In this document: piece by piece, positions 1 to 13,776 of the stretch | Layout of the letters: the number at the start of each line of letters is the position of its first letter | Numbering within the stretch: position 1 is the stretch's first letter | NCBI GenBank assembly: GCA_012295275.1 | Contig: CM022665.1 | Span: 11,408,001-11,472,000 of the forward strand | Source of the DNA: Chrysomallon squamiferum | Lineage: Eukaryota; Animalia; Mollusca | Direction: 5' to 3' | DNA: 64,000 nt | The notes under the pieces: model-generated | What the model saw: only the letters and a program-made list of their open reading frames with translations | Told to the model about the DNA's origin: nothing | The model's database searches: none | Made by a program: the position numbers and the translations under genes

Positions 1-32
1 ACCATGTCATATACAGATTATACCACACTACT

Positions 33-75
<43 letters not shown>

Positions 76-1959
76 AATTTAAAAATGTACAGTTATTTGT
101 TCTTTACTTTTTTATCACCAGCTTTGTTTGTTTTTGTTTTAAAAAGAAAACCCCAAAACGAAACTGCTTCTAGTACATAGAACAGCTGACCCCTTAGGCT
201 GTGTTGTAACATCAAGTTCATGGGAATGTAAATAAAATATTCAACCGCCTACGACGGCTAACTATCGGCACTTATTCTGGTTATGACAGTCTTTGCACTT
301 CACACGCTTAGTATTAAGTTTTAAACGACCGATAATTTATTTTCTTTTTCTTTTATGTATACTTTTTTTCTTTAGTTTTGTTGTCGCTTGTTTGTTTGTT
401 GCTGGGTTTTTTAAATTCTTTTTATAGTTTTTATTATTATTATTGTTTTTTTTATGTGAATGTATTTGTTATTTATTTACTTATTTTTTATTTTAAAATA
501 ATTTATTTTGCTTTGTTTTATTTTATTTTATTTTTTTTTTTTTTTTTTTTTTATTATTATTTATTTTTTTATTTTCCTTTTTATGATGATATCAATTTAG
601 AAAATTCTGTTTTTGCAAGTCTTGCTCTCTCTACATATTTTTTCTATCATTATATTTTTTTCTTTCTTTCAAAACATTTTCAAACTCTTTGAAAATTAAC
701 CAAGATACAGTTTGCATATAAGTATCGAATGAAAAATAACAGAACAAATTTGCCATTGTAAATATACTTGCATATTTATGAACAGGCTAAATGACACCTT
801 TCCAATATGAAAAGGTTATTTTAGTGTCAAAACATGGAAACATGTATTTACATAATTACATGTTATAAAAGAAGGTGTCATACGTGAATATTTGTTTATT
901 TCTTTTCTATTTTTTCTTCCTTTCTTTCTTTATTTATCATCATCATCATCATCATCATTATTTATTTATTTAATTTTATTATTATATTATTTTATCATAA
1001 TTTTTTTTTAAAGTAATATTCTAATACTGCCAAACGCATACTTAAATAAAGTTGTGGTGAAACAATGTTTAAAGGGGACTGCTCTATCAGATAGTGCACC
1101 CCATTTTAACCTTTATTTTAATTTTTAATTTTTTTTTTTTTTTTTCCATTCTCATAAAGTAAAAATATCGTATTTTCCCTTTTGTTTTCATTTAAAACAT
1201 TTCTGTAAACATTTTCTTTTCTTTAATTTTATTTTCATTTTTATTTAGTTATTTTATTATATTATATATTTTAGTATTTTCTTTACTTTATTTTCTTTTA
1301 TTTATTTTGTATTGCCATCTGAAAAATAATTGTTTTATTATTTCATTCTTTTGTTTTCATTAACACAGTAAAATAAAGTATTTAAAACTATTCACAGTCC
1401 TGGGGGTTTTTTTTGTTGTTTTTTTATATTATTTATTTATTTATTTATTTATTTATTAATATTATTCATGTATTTGCTGTTGCTGCTGCTTCTGTTGTTG
1501 TTGCTGCTGTTGTTATTATTATTATTATAATTTTACTTTGTTGAAAAAACAGCTCAAATGCATAAATTTAGCCAGCTGACACTGAATCCACCCACACCTA
1601 CGCACACTAGCATAAGCAAACGTGCACTGATCGTGTGAATTATGTACTGTCACTTGATAAATATGCAGTTTTTACTAAATAACCACAATGATGAAAAAAA
1701 AAAAAAAAAAAAAAAATGTTGTTCAGACCACTTCTTTCATAAAGAAGTTTAAAAATATATATATATATAAGGCCGTCTCAATAACAAACAAAAAAAATTA
1801 TAATAATAAAAAAAAAAATATCAGCTGACTTTTGTGTATTCACAGTGTTTTTTCTTCTTCTTTCTGTATAATGAAAAACCCTGCAGAACTGGTTTACCGC
1901 TGAACTTATTACGACTGCCGTATGACTTATCTTTCACTGTAGACTTCTATCTGCTTGGC

Positions 1960-2130
1960 TACCTATAATAACAACAGTACGTCCTATATATTGGATCACG
2001 TGGGATCAGACGTTCTGTTTCAACGAAGCGGATCGACCAGGTCGGCGACGTCAATTTGCTTGGCTTGTTTTGTCTGAATCCACGTAGATTTCATAGTGAC
2101 AGTCACCAAGAACTGCTCCATAAGGTAAGA
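1960..2130 (+). promoter_or_regulatory. Candidate promoter and non-coding first exon (A)
   Basis: TATATA 1985-1990, CACGTG 1997-2002, CGACGTCA near 2046, CpG cluster, strong donor AAG|GTAAGA at 2124/2125. Confidence 0.45.
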
Positions 2131-5100
2131 AGATTACTTTTCATTTAATGTCAGATTTGTCTCTCTTTTTTGTAGATCATGCGCAGTAATGCGTTAAGTG
2201 TCTGTCGAAACGTGTTGATGTCCCAATGTCGGCAGACGATACATACAGAAATCTATTTAATTATTAAGGCTACCGGCTTAATACAGAAGTGTGCAGCAGT
2301 ATTAGCGGTATTTCGCCACTTTCAGTTAGATTTAATCATGTAAAATGATATCTCTGAAATTTGTTGTATTTAAAATAAAAATGTATGGATATTTGCGTTC
2401 CGTTTTGCCCGTCATGTCTGTATCGATCGTGTTAATCAAAAATCAGACGGTAAATGTTTTACGACAATGGAATGTTTATACTGATATCGTTATTGTAGTA
2501 CTATAAGGAAAAACAAAACGAACATGAAATTTTGACACTTTTTATAGTATATATCAATCTTTATAGTCCGCATAAGTCTTATGACCCTAAACCAAGTTCA
2601 CGAGTGTTTACTTTTCTGACAGGCCAGTCCGGATTATGGTATATGTTTTAACGTCAGTAATGACCCATCAACATACAATGCAGTTGATCCTGATTATAGC
2701 TTTATTTCCCAACGAAATGTTTAAGCCAATTGAGGTCTTTGTGGTATTATTTTATTACATGAAATAGGAAAACATAACGGCCTTCGGGCTAGGTGGCCGA
2801 TTTTGTTTTAGCTGTTTACCAAATATTATTCTCGGTTATTCAGACCATCGATTTTCCTTGTTAATCAAATGTGATTAGTCGAGAAAATAAGCACCGAAGC
2901 GAAGCTATAATTTGTAATCGGGCAGAGGGTGTGTACGTTCATAGTCAAATGGTTTAAAGGGTTAAACACTTTAAGATACTTACCCACTTTTATGGGGATC
3001 TTCACGTAATTCATTCAAATTTATTACGTAACTTTTCAATCGAATGAATAATGTCATGATACTCTTTCATGAGGATTTTTATTTTGAGCTTGTGAGTGTC
3101 AGTTTAATTTTCTCACTCTGTTGCTTATTGTACAAACAGTCTTAACAGTAGTTATTTCAGGATAATTCTACAGATAAAATTGTATGCACTTCACTAACTA
3201 AATGTTCTACAGATAAACGTTTTTTTTGTTTTCCCAGTCAATTATTCTCTTTTAGTAACGTTCATTATCTCTTTATTATTGACAATTATTCAAATACTCG
3301 TGGAAACAAAGAAGGACAAGGTTATAGATTAATGTCACTGATAATTTCCAGTTCCAGATCCATTGGATTTAGAAGTCTCTAGACCCTCTCAGGATAGGCA
3401 AGATTAAACATTTATGAAAAAGTGCAAAAAATACAATAGTTTATTAATTTGTACACGTAAGATAAAATTATAAATAATACGTACATGCATAGTTGACTAT
3501 ATCTATAATAAATAATTAATATATGAATAAATAACTATTACTTAGTCCAGTAATTTAAAAATACTTTTATTAACAACACAGTCCTAGACATTATAATTGG
3601 TTGCTTTCGTTTGCTGTTTTCATATGCTCAAGGCTAAGTGTTATACATGTAGGCCTAACATATAATTATTAGATAATGCAGCATCCCGTATAACGTCAGT
3701 GACATTCAGATAATAAATTAATTTTTCAGAAAGAGAACGAAATAATAAAACATTAATGTTTCTTCTCTGGAAATCTACCAATATGCCATTGATTTTTTTA
3801 TTCTCACTGCTTGGGGAAGAGGGGTGTATTTTCAAGATTATACTTAATGGATGAATGTAGTGCAAAAGGCTTTCAAACTGAGAACCCTGAAGGTTCATTA
3901 TCATCTTCGTCATTCATTACCATAAAAACATGCTGTGTTTCAGTGCGATTACAAAACCAGTTTGATTTTATAATCCACCACTACATTTCAGGCCGAACCG
4001 CCACAAAACGCGATGGTGCGGAAAGAGATCTGTAGATGTTAATTTTAGTTCAGCCATTTCAACCTGCTGCTTTATCAGTCATATAATGAAATACGACGCT
4101 AGGAAATAAAGCTAAAATGTTAAGAGATACCAGGCAGGGAATTGTGTGTTTTACAAAGATATATTATTTATATTACGTATGTCAGCTAAAACTAAATATG
4201 TAAGTCAAGGCTTAAACAAATGTGTGATCTGCCAAGACTGTGAACCATGCACAGTACTCTTGATAATTTTTTTTCACTTAGCAACTATCTGAGGTCTAAT
4301 ACTGTAGAACCGACTTTGTTTCATACTGTAGAATATGTAATTGCTTTATATATTTAACAGGTATGACCATTTCTCTATCTCTCCCCCCTCTTTCTTTACC
4401 CCCTCTCTCTTCTTTTCTCTATCTATTTCTCTTTATCTCTGTCTCTTTCTAATCAGTTCAGTCCACTACTTAGGGTTAGATTTATCGATGAGATAATATT
4501 TGTGATGACGCTCGTGGTCATTCTATTTTCGACCAGTACTTTCATGTCGTTCAAATCAAATCTGTAAAGTGAATCGATAACATTTATTTGGGTCAAGTAT
4601 TTTCCACGCTAAGGACGTCTTCTTGCGAAGATTTGGACAAATTAATTAGTTGTTTCACACACACACACACACACACACACATACAAACATACAAACATAC
4701 ATATGTACATACATACACACACATGCACACACGCACGCGTATATAGATACATATATACATACACATACAAACACACGCACAAACATACATAGCTTATATA
4801 CATACGTATATACATACAAATATACATACGTACGTACGTACGTACATACATACATACATACATTACATAAACGTCCCTTATAGAGCAATGCTATGGGATC
4901 GAGAAAAATATGTTTGAATTGTATATTGGTGAAGGTCTTAGTATACATATACATATACATATACATCTACATACATAATATCTACATGCATACATACATA
5001 TATATACACATATGTATACAATGTTAAATGAATTCCTATTACTATAAACTGTTCTGATATAGCCTGTCGGACACCGAACCATCTGTCCCTGACCTCTGAC

Positions 5101-7454
5101 GTGGTAAGAATGAATAAGTTGAATATATCAAAGCAAATCCGACAGTGCACGAACAAGGAAAGGGCGGAACAATGATACTCGTATCAAGACATTTTTAATT
5201 TATGATGTAGACGGAAGAAACAGAATACATGTGTTTCGGTGCAGGTTGTTTGAAAAATGTCTCAGTAAACTTAAAAAGAAATAAATGAATGCATGTTTAA
5301 CGACATCGCAGCACAATGTTGACCACCGGACGCCCACAAATGAAAGACCAAAAATGTAAAGATAAAAAAGTAAAAATTTCTGTATGAAAATAGCGCATAT
5401 GATCTTTGAATATAAATATTGTAAAGAAATCGTAATATAGCTTCAAAGAAATATTTGTATTGCTGAGCAACTGTGAATCCTTTCTTTCTTTCTTTCTTTC
5501 TTTTTATTCCGTGTATTTTTTTTTTTGGTCAGATAGATATGGTATACCACATACTGTTCTTATTGATTACCGTTAACTTGAAGTATACTGTTTGTCACGC
5601 AGAAATAAATAGACTGTCATGTAACGATTTTTTACTTTGTGATAAAAGCTTACTGTATATTTGTACAGCTAGCTTTGTTGCTGTGCATCAAACCAAGTAT
5701 GTTCTGTTGGCGCTTTAAACTTACAAATACCTGATAAACATTTTTTTATGTAGATTACTATAAAATAGGGTTAAATGACGAAATTAAAACTTCATTCTAA
5801 AATTCATCAGAGTCAAATAGTTCGAGAACAATGCAAAGTTAACAGAATTATATTAAATACATAAGTGTATTATCGTAATCAAAACCGTAAGAAAATGACG
5901 AACGTTATGGAAAACACGTTTCATGTTCCGGTGACAGTATACAGGTGATCATTTGTATGATGAATAAGCACAAAGTGAATAAATAGATTAGATTTTAAAC
6001 ATTATAATGCGGTATATTTCGAATATTGCAGATTCAGCTGTTTCAAATTGCATATTTTTAATATCTTGAGAAACATACAGATATCGAAAGACATTCAGGC
6101 TTACAGGTACGTATATGCATGTACATATATACACGCACATACAAACACACATACATACATACATACATAGATACTGAAATACATACGTATACACAGATAC
6201 ATACACACATACAATTTCAGCTAGTGCACGTAAAGGTAACTGAATTGATTATTAATTATATGGAATATTGCCTGGGTACAGTCTAATCAGACGTATATAA
6301 GACAAAATAAAATATTTATTCTTAAAGAGATACATAAACACCCACAGCACTAGTACACGCACACACACACACACACATACACACTTGTATGTCAGTTAAG
6401 TGTTCTCTAAAAAGTACATAATCATGATGTAAATAAGAAAACCCTCTGGCTGTTACTTCGGCTATCTCTTCCTAGTAACCGAGTTTAAACAGCCGAGTGC
6501 AAATCACCTTGCTAGTAGTAATGTATCTGGTTTTGTGAGAAACACTTTGGGGATAATCATCAGCAATAAAACTTAATTGTGCGAATTATTTAAAATCAAC
6601 CTGAGGCGATGAAAATTATATAGCCTAAACATTTATTTTCCTTGGAATTGATATACAAATATGAGTTCATAAATACTTGCTAATGGTAAATATGTGCTTT
6701 TCATTTCAGTGTATACGTATCTTTAGCGTACTCTTTATTTTCTTCATTTATATAATACTAGTCTGCCAATGATGTGGAAGACTAACTACACGAGAAAGAA
6801 GGTAAAATGGCTGCTTGCATATTACTAGTCGTGATTTTTGTTAATTTAATTGTAATATCCCTCTACAAACACAAAACACTAGTTTTACTTTGTTATTGTG
6901 AAAGGATGGTTTTAGAAAGAAGAAACAGTAATTTGGAATTACGTTAAATGTATTAAAGGCTGTTATCTAAAGGTGAGAAAAGATCTGAACATAATAAACG
7001 TAACATGTTTGAAAAAAATGAGTTTTTTTTTTTAATAACTTTTATCTGAAAATAGTCATCAAAATACATTTACCTTTACTTGTAGAATCATAGCAACAGT
7101 GGAAGTGCTTTTCTTTTGGATTTTTTTTCTTTCTTTTTTTTTCAGTTAAAAATAAATGTTTCAAAAATATTTCATTTTGGTGTGTTTTTGTTGTTGTTGT
7201 AGTTATTATCTTTACCTCTCTCTGTCATTTTTTACTTTCATTATTCTACTATAGAAAATGAACGGATTATTGCGAGTAGAACGCGAAGATGACAACGACA
7301 GAGATATGTGTGCAAAGGTTTGTTATATCCTAAGGGCAGTTACCTAGACGACAATCTTACCTAAATATAGATGACCTTACGTTTGATGTTGATACAGTAA
7401 AATGAACATATATTTCCTATAAATATGTCAGTTAGGACGTCAAATGAAAACTAA

Positions 7455-7660
7455 TTTCTCGTTCCAGCTCGTTCTAGCTCATTAAAGGCTATGGCGTATG
7501 TTTTCCAGTTTATGGTAAGGTGCATATAAAAGATCCTTTCTTGCTAATAGGAAAAGTGTAGCCAGTCCGAAGAGCATTTCTGAATGGTTCTATATCATGC
7601 GCATGACGTCATAACCGTAAATTAAAAATATTTTGGGTGCAGTGTTGAATAAATACAGAC
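7455..7660 (+). mobile_element. SINE-like interspersed repeat fragment
   Basis: Core AAAGGC..TGG..TATGTTT..GT.TAT.G.AAGGTGCATATAAAAGAT...TTGCT.AT is shared with 11430-11690(-), 43060-43330(-) and 52670-52770(+). Confidence 0.55.
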
Positions 7661-9826
7661 TGAATTAATTATAAAATATTTACATACAAGACTACGTTCA
7701 AAGGAATAACTAGTTTAATTTAAAACTAATTCAATAAAGTTCTTCTTTACATCCAAAGAAAGTAAATACTTGAAATCTTGTACCAGAAAAAAAAAAAAAA
7801 AAAATAGAAAAGCAACTAATTTCTTATTTAAACAGACTTAGTAAACAATAGTTTTCAGTATAAAAATTAGAGATAAAACTTATAAAACATATCTTTACAT
7901 TAGTGTTAATGTTTTTGTCAGCACTGAGCCTTGTGTTTATTAAATACTGAAAATCTCTGAAAAAGACTGGGAAAGTATTTAAAAGACAACTGCAATTTTC
8001 AAAATTAAAATCTGTGAGATTCTTCTGCTGTTAATGTAATAGTAATATGTTTCTATAAATAAAAAACAAATACATTTTTGAGAATAAGCTCTGTTATATT
8101 TATTTATCTTTACAATAAATAAAAAGCATGGTCCCAGCTTCATTTCATTGATTTAAACAATTTGTTTGGTTGATGTGGGTTTTGTTGTTGCTGTTATTTT
8201 TCTAAATGTATTTTTTCCTTTATTTATATTATATTATATTATATTTCGTCTTTTTGATTAGCTAAACGAAAATTTAAACTAAGTATTCCAATAAACTTAT
8301 CATTATGTTGACGATGATCATCATCATCATCATCAACATTATTATTATTATTTGTGTTATCTTTTACCAAAAAAACACATCAGCAAACAAAAAACTGAAT
8401 CTCTTTACAATGTGGCTAGTACAGTAATAACAACAATATAAAGTTTTACACCTTATTAACTTGCTAGAAGTAATTTGTCTAATCCTTATAAGAAAAATTA
8501 AAAAAATTAAAAAAAAGGAAAATTATATAAACGAAAAATGTATGCTTTAGCCTCAAACACTTTAAGCTTTGTTTAAATGGACACGCTAATCAAACTAATT
8601 AAGATTTATACTAGGCAGACAAAATTATCTTTACAGTAATCTTCAGCTAACCAAATTATGGAAGAGTGCTTTAGATTACATAAAATTTAAACGAGGCAAA
8701 AACAAAAGCGAAAATTGCGACACAGTGAAATATAAAAAGTTAATCTTGTAAAGGACTGTTACTCTAACTTCTGTTTTCCATCATTTAAGAATTAATAACA
8801 AAGCTTTTAAATTATTGAACAGAGTTGCAAAGCTTAATGAATTAGTGAGCGTCTGATACAATAGACTCGATGATTCTGCATGCATCTTCTTTTAACACCC
8901 GCAGTTGGATGTCTGTATTGAATCATCATGCAAGGCAGCTATTGAAATAACACTGTATCAATAAATGAACAAATCGATGAAGATAAAATGCTTATTGATT
9001 AATCTGAAGAAGAGGAATAAAATAAATTTACATTCACAATGCGCTGGTGTTTTTTTTTTTTTTTTTTTTTAAAGATTTGATCGATTTTTGGTGGGGATTT
9101 TTTATTTTTTATTTTTTTTAACATTTGTATTTTATGTCGTTTCTATGTGAATACATTAGTGTCGCCGTATATAGCATGAGGATTAAATTATTATTATTAT
9201 TATTATTATATATTACCAGCTCTTGATGTATTAAAGACGTTTTTTTTTTTTTTTTTTGTCTGCTTATACCGTTCACCAGCTAAGGTTCTTTCAAGCAATG
9301 ACATATTCTTTCTCAGTTTGGAATAATATATTTTCTTAAGATATTAACATACGCGCTATTCCTTTTAAAATGAAATAACTATGTCAATGAAAGAACTAAA
9401 CGAAAAGACTGGTCTGTCCATGCTTGAATAATAACTGTTTTCAGGATAAGTAAAGATAAAAAATGAAAACATGGAAAAAAAAAAATCTAAATCAAACTCT
9501 AAATACAGGTTAAGTTGGAAATTTAGGGGCTTAATATATTATCTCTAGTGTAAGCATCATGTTAACAATTTTATATTTGTGTAGGGTTTTTAATCTCTAC
9601 AGGTAAATTGCAATAGATCAAACAGTTACTGATAAGGCTAACTGACTATATTATTATTAAATTCTGTCAGAATGTCCACATTACTTATCAACACACAGGT
9701 GTTGCGGCAGTAGTTTTAGTCTGTTGTCACAAGAATGACATTTAAAGTGTACCTGTGGTGATATGGATAAACAGCCTCAATATATTCTGTATATTTTCAT
9801 GTGACTGTTTTGTTAATAGACACCAG

Positions 9827-9977
<151 letters not shown>

Positions 9978-11429
9978 TATATTTACCATTATCACCTTCG
10001 AATACATTTTGAAAATAAGTTAATGTATTTGTCAAACCGTCGCTTATTATGGTAGTTCTGTATATCTGCACAGAATTATTACTTTACTGTCAGATTTTAC
10101 AATTAACTACATGAATACAACTACAGTAAGAGCAGTTTTCTGGAAGTATCAATAATACAGAATAATTATAGTTAGGTAGTAACATAACAGATGCATTTTC
10201 AGAAAAACCCTTTGACATATTCACTGTTTGCCTTTGAGTTAAATGCATGAATCAGACAACAATGTATCATTATGATATTACTCCAGAGGACCATTCTTGT
10301 TAAAGACTATTTGTGTCCTGTATGTGTTCTTTCGAGAAGTTCTGCTAGTTGGTAGAAAGGATTTATCATTTTCTTTCCTCCTCTGTGGAGGCGACCTTGA
10401 GAATTGTCTATATTACATTACAAATCCTTAGTAGGTCATAAATATTATCACTAGATCTTTTTTTAAATTTATTTTTTGTTGTCTCTTAGTAGTTATCAAG
10501 GCATGTTACAGCTACAAATTTTTGGTGTATTTTATTTCTAAATATGCACAAACTGGTAAATATTCTTAAGTGTCACTTAATATTCATCAAGTTATTGCCA
10601 GGATATTCTAATCTTCAGAACACTGTTGATTTATCCACTAAAGATTAACCAAGAAGTTTTTTTTATTCATCTTGACTTGTAGTATGGTTATCTTTCAAAA
10701 TTTCCTTCAATGGACAATTGTGTAATAAAGATAACCTAAGACTGTTGACTCGGTGTTCGAATGGGTCACCATTCTTTTCGGAAACTATACCCTTGTTTTG
10801 TCAGTCGAATTGCGCACGAAAGAGTAACAAAAAGCCTGCCTGCAATCTTTTGAATATCTACTGTATCTATGTATTCAATCTTGTCACACGTCGTGGTTTA
10901 TTTTGTATCTTATTGCAGAAAGCCTCGCTCGGTTTGTCATTCGAATACTCTTTAACAGACACGCCTAAACAATTCCAATACGTGTCATGATTCTAGTAGT
11001 TGATTACACTTAAACTTGATGGTCAATATTTGCCCGCCACCTCGAACAAACACGCGCCAGATACCGCTACTTACCTGATAGTATTCGCATTCATTTTAAT
11101 GTCTGATGTCCACTTGCATTGGTTCACAAAGCATGTACTTGTCCGTTTCGTGGTTGTTTAATAAGGAGTGATGAATCAGAAGTCACAGAAATTGACACCA
11201 GTATATACCGAATTCACACTGGTTTTTTTTTTTTAAATATAATAAATATACATAATACGAATCAGTTAATCGATAACATGTGAAATGACAAGTCAGTGTG
11301 GAAAGTCTTTTCGTAAAGGAATTTACTCTTATCTTATTTAATTATTAATGACAGCTAGAAGATGGATGATAAAGACAGCAACAACTATTGAAAACACAAG
11401 ATATTGGTTTTCCATACTTCAGCACCGTA

Positions 11430-11690
11430 TAATGTTTGCGATTATTAGGCACCAGACATATTATAGATGTTTATAGATTTCAAGACAAGAAATATGCGAT
11501 AGCCATATCTTAGGCTGTTATTATTATTATCAGCAAGCCGCATGGAATATTTTTATATGCAATTTCCGATAGACAGTAAACATATTCCACCGCCTTTGAT
11601 TACCAATTCGTGCAGCAAATCCTGGAACGGATAACAGCCGAATGGGCTCTCAGAGAAGGTTTGACCCTACCATCCATTCTGCGTCATAAT
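11430..11690 (-). mobile_element. SINE-like repeat fragment (same family)
   Basis: Reverse complement reads ATCAAAGGCGGTGGAATATGTTTACTGTCTATCGGAAATTGCATATAAAAATATT...CTTGCTGAT, alignable to 7482-7548. Confidence 0.55.
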
Positions 11691-12039
11691 CAGCAGAACT
11701 CGTCTTATTCTGTACTTCTCTAAATATTTTCTTTCTTTTGATGAGCTGATGCCGTGTTCAGTCATGTCATTTGACGTGTCTGTATCTTGAATAAAAAAAA
11801 AATTAAATTACCAAGATACGAATAAGTAATCTGATACGTCATTTCGTTCTGTTTATATAATTTGTAGATTGGTAAATCGAAAAACTATCCTGAATGGTAG
11901 AAAATGATTTCTTTCGAGTGAATGATTTGAATCGATGATAGCGCCGTTTATTAATTTTAAATTTTATTTTTTTGTTTTTGTTTTTAATATGGTGCTTGCA
12001 TAAATAAGCTAAGTCAGTATTTAGAATGATATATATTCG

Positions 12040-12095
12040 TACATACATACATACATACATACATACATGCATACATACATACATGCATACATACA

Positions 12096-12129
<34 letters not shown>

Positions 12130-12155
12130 CATACATACATACATACATACATACA
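12040..12155. repeat. (TACA)n microsatellite
   Basis: Seen directly; related CA/TACA tracts at 34-73, 4656-5020, 20340-20540 and 27080-27290. Confidence 0.9.
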
Positions 12156-12299
12156 CACGTACTACATATACAATACATACAGAGACATATTCATTCATTA
12201 ACAGACACAACAAACTGGACTCAAAACGGCCAAACACGCGAACGACTCATGAACTATCTCGACACACTATTTCACAACCAAACAGACAAGTTTTCCTAG

Positions 12300-12723
12300 A
12301 ATTTCGTTTACTGCCTGGCGCCAATGTTACAAGATGTAAGCGTAGGTGAAAGCCACACGAAACGTGCCGGGGCAACCGATGAACTTGTACCTGTAGACTG
12401 ATTCAGTGTCGTTACCAACACCTGTCCGTTACGCTAATTTGTTTGGTCGTGACAAACACAAAAGAGTTGACAGGGGAGAGAATACGAGAAGAAGTCCTCA
12501 ATGAAATGATGAACCCGATTCTGGCCTACCGGGATTCTGGAAGGCAGTAATTTGTTTACTTGCCTTATTTATACGTGCAGTGGATGTAGGTGAAGCAAAA
12601 GATAAAAAGATGTATTAAATTGTAACAGAACGAAGTCAGAAATAAACAGATGTATTAAACTGTAAACTGAACATATTGGCGTTTTTGTTAACGCGGTGAC
12701 AGATTTATTGTTTAACGGTAAGA
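12300..12723 (+). promoter_or_regulatory. Candidate promoter and non-coding first exon (B)
   Basis: GC/CpG-richer island with CCAAT near 12321, Inr-like TTCAGT near 12402, donor ACG|GTAAGA at 12717/12718 followed by AT-rich intron-like DNA. Confidence 0.3.
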
Positions 12724-13730
12724 TTATTACTACTTTCTGTTTATTTTATTACTTTATTTATTTATTTATTTTTATATATTTTTATTTATTTATTTATTTA
12801 TTTTTTTTTTTAATTTGTTTATCTGTTCATTAGAAAATAAATGATCATCAGTTTTACTTTTTCTGTACTTATATTTTGTTTAATTAATTTCCTTGAAGCA
12901 GCTAATATATATATATATATGGATTTTTTTTCTTCTTCTCAGAACCTGATTTTAATTACATGCTTCAACATTTTACTTTTTTTTTTTTTTTTTTTTAATT
13001 TTTAAATTTATTTATTTATTTATTTCTTTTTTTATTCTACTTCTTCGTCTCATTAATAGTGTTGTTGATGTTGATGTTGTTGTTGTTATTATTATTATTA
13101 TTATTAATATCATTATTTTGTGGAAACTTTCCTTTCGAACAACGATTTAATCGTTGACTGAACCAAACATCCTTATTCTAAATCTAGTTTTAACAAGCAA
13201 CCCAGCCCAGCATATCGATCCATTTCTATCACTTAATAATTTATTACATAACACGCCATTACTTTCTTTGTTACAGTCTTGTTTTTCAGCAATTTATATA
13301 TGTTTTTTTTCAAGCTTGTCTGTTGATTTATAATGAAACCTCTACGTAGGGGTGCGCAGTGTAATAAATAATTCTTCATTGAACTGATATGCTTTTTTGA
13401 TTAATGAGATATTGTGGAACGTGCGTTCGATCAGAACTCACAGATCAAGCTGCAACACCTGTCTAGGTGGTCGAGGAAGTGAGAGCCAGGTTTTCTTGCT
13501 GACTGTCGACAACAGCGATTACTGGGACGTATATCTTGTTTGTGTATACATCAAACGGACGTATCGGCGCTGTTTATATGACACGATAAATCCACATAAC
13601 GTGATGTATGTTACATAGCCATTTTCAAGCAAACCGGTTTTTCAGCAAGTTGCGTGAGAACAGAATAAATGTGTGTAGCTACCTCGCAGAGTAATTAAAC
13701 TAGCAGAAATGTATGTATATTTTGACAGAA

Positions 13731-13776
<46 letters not shown>

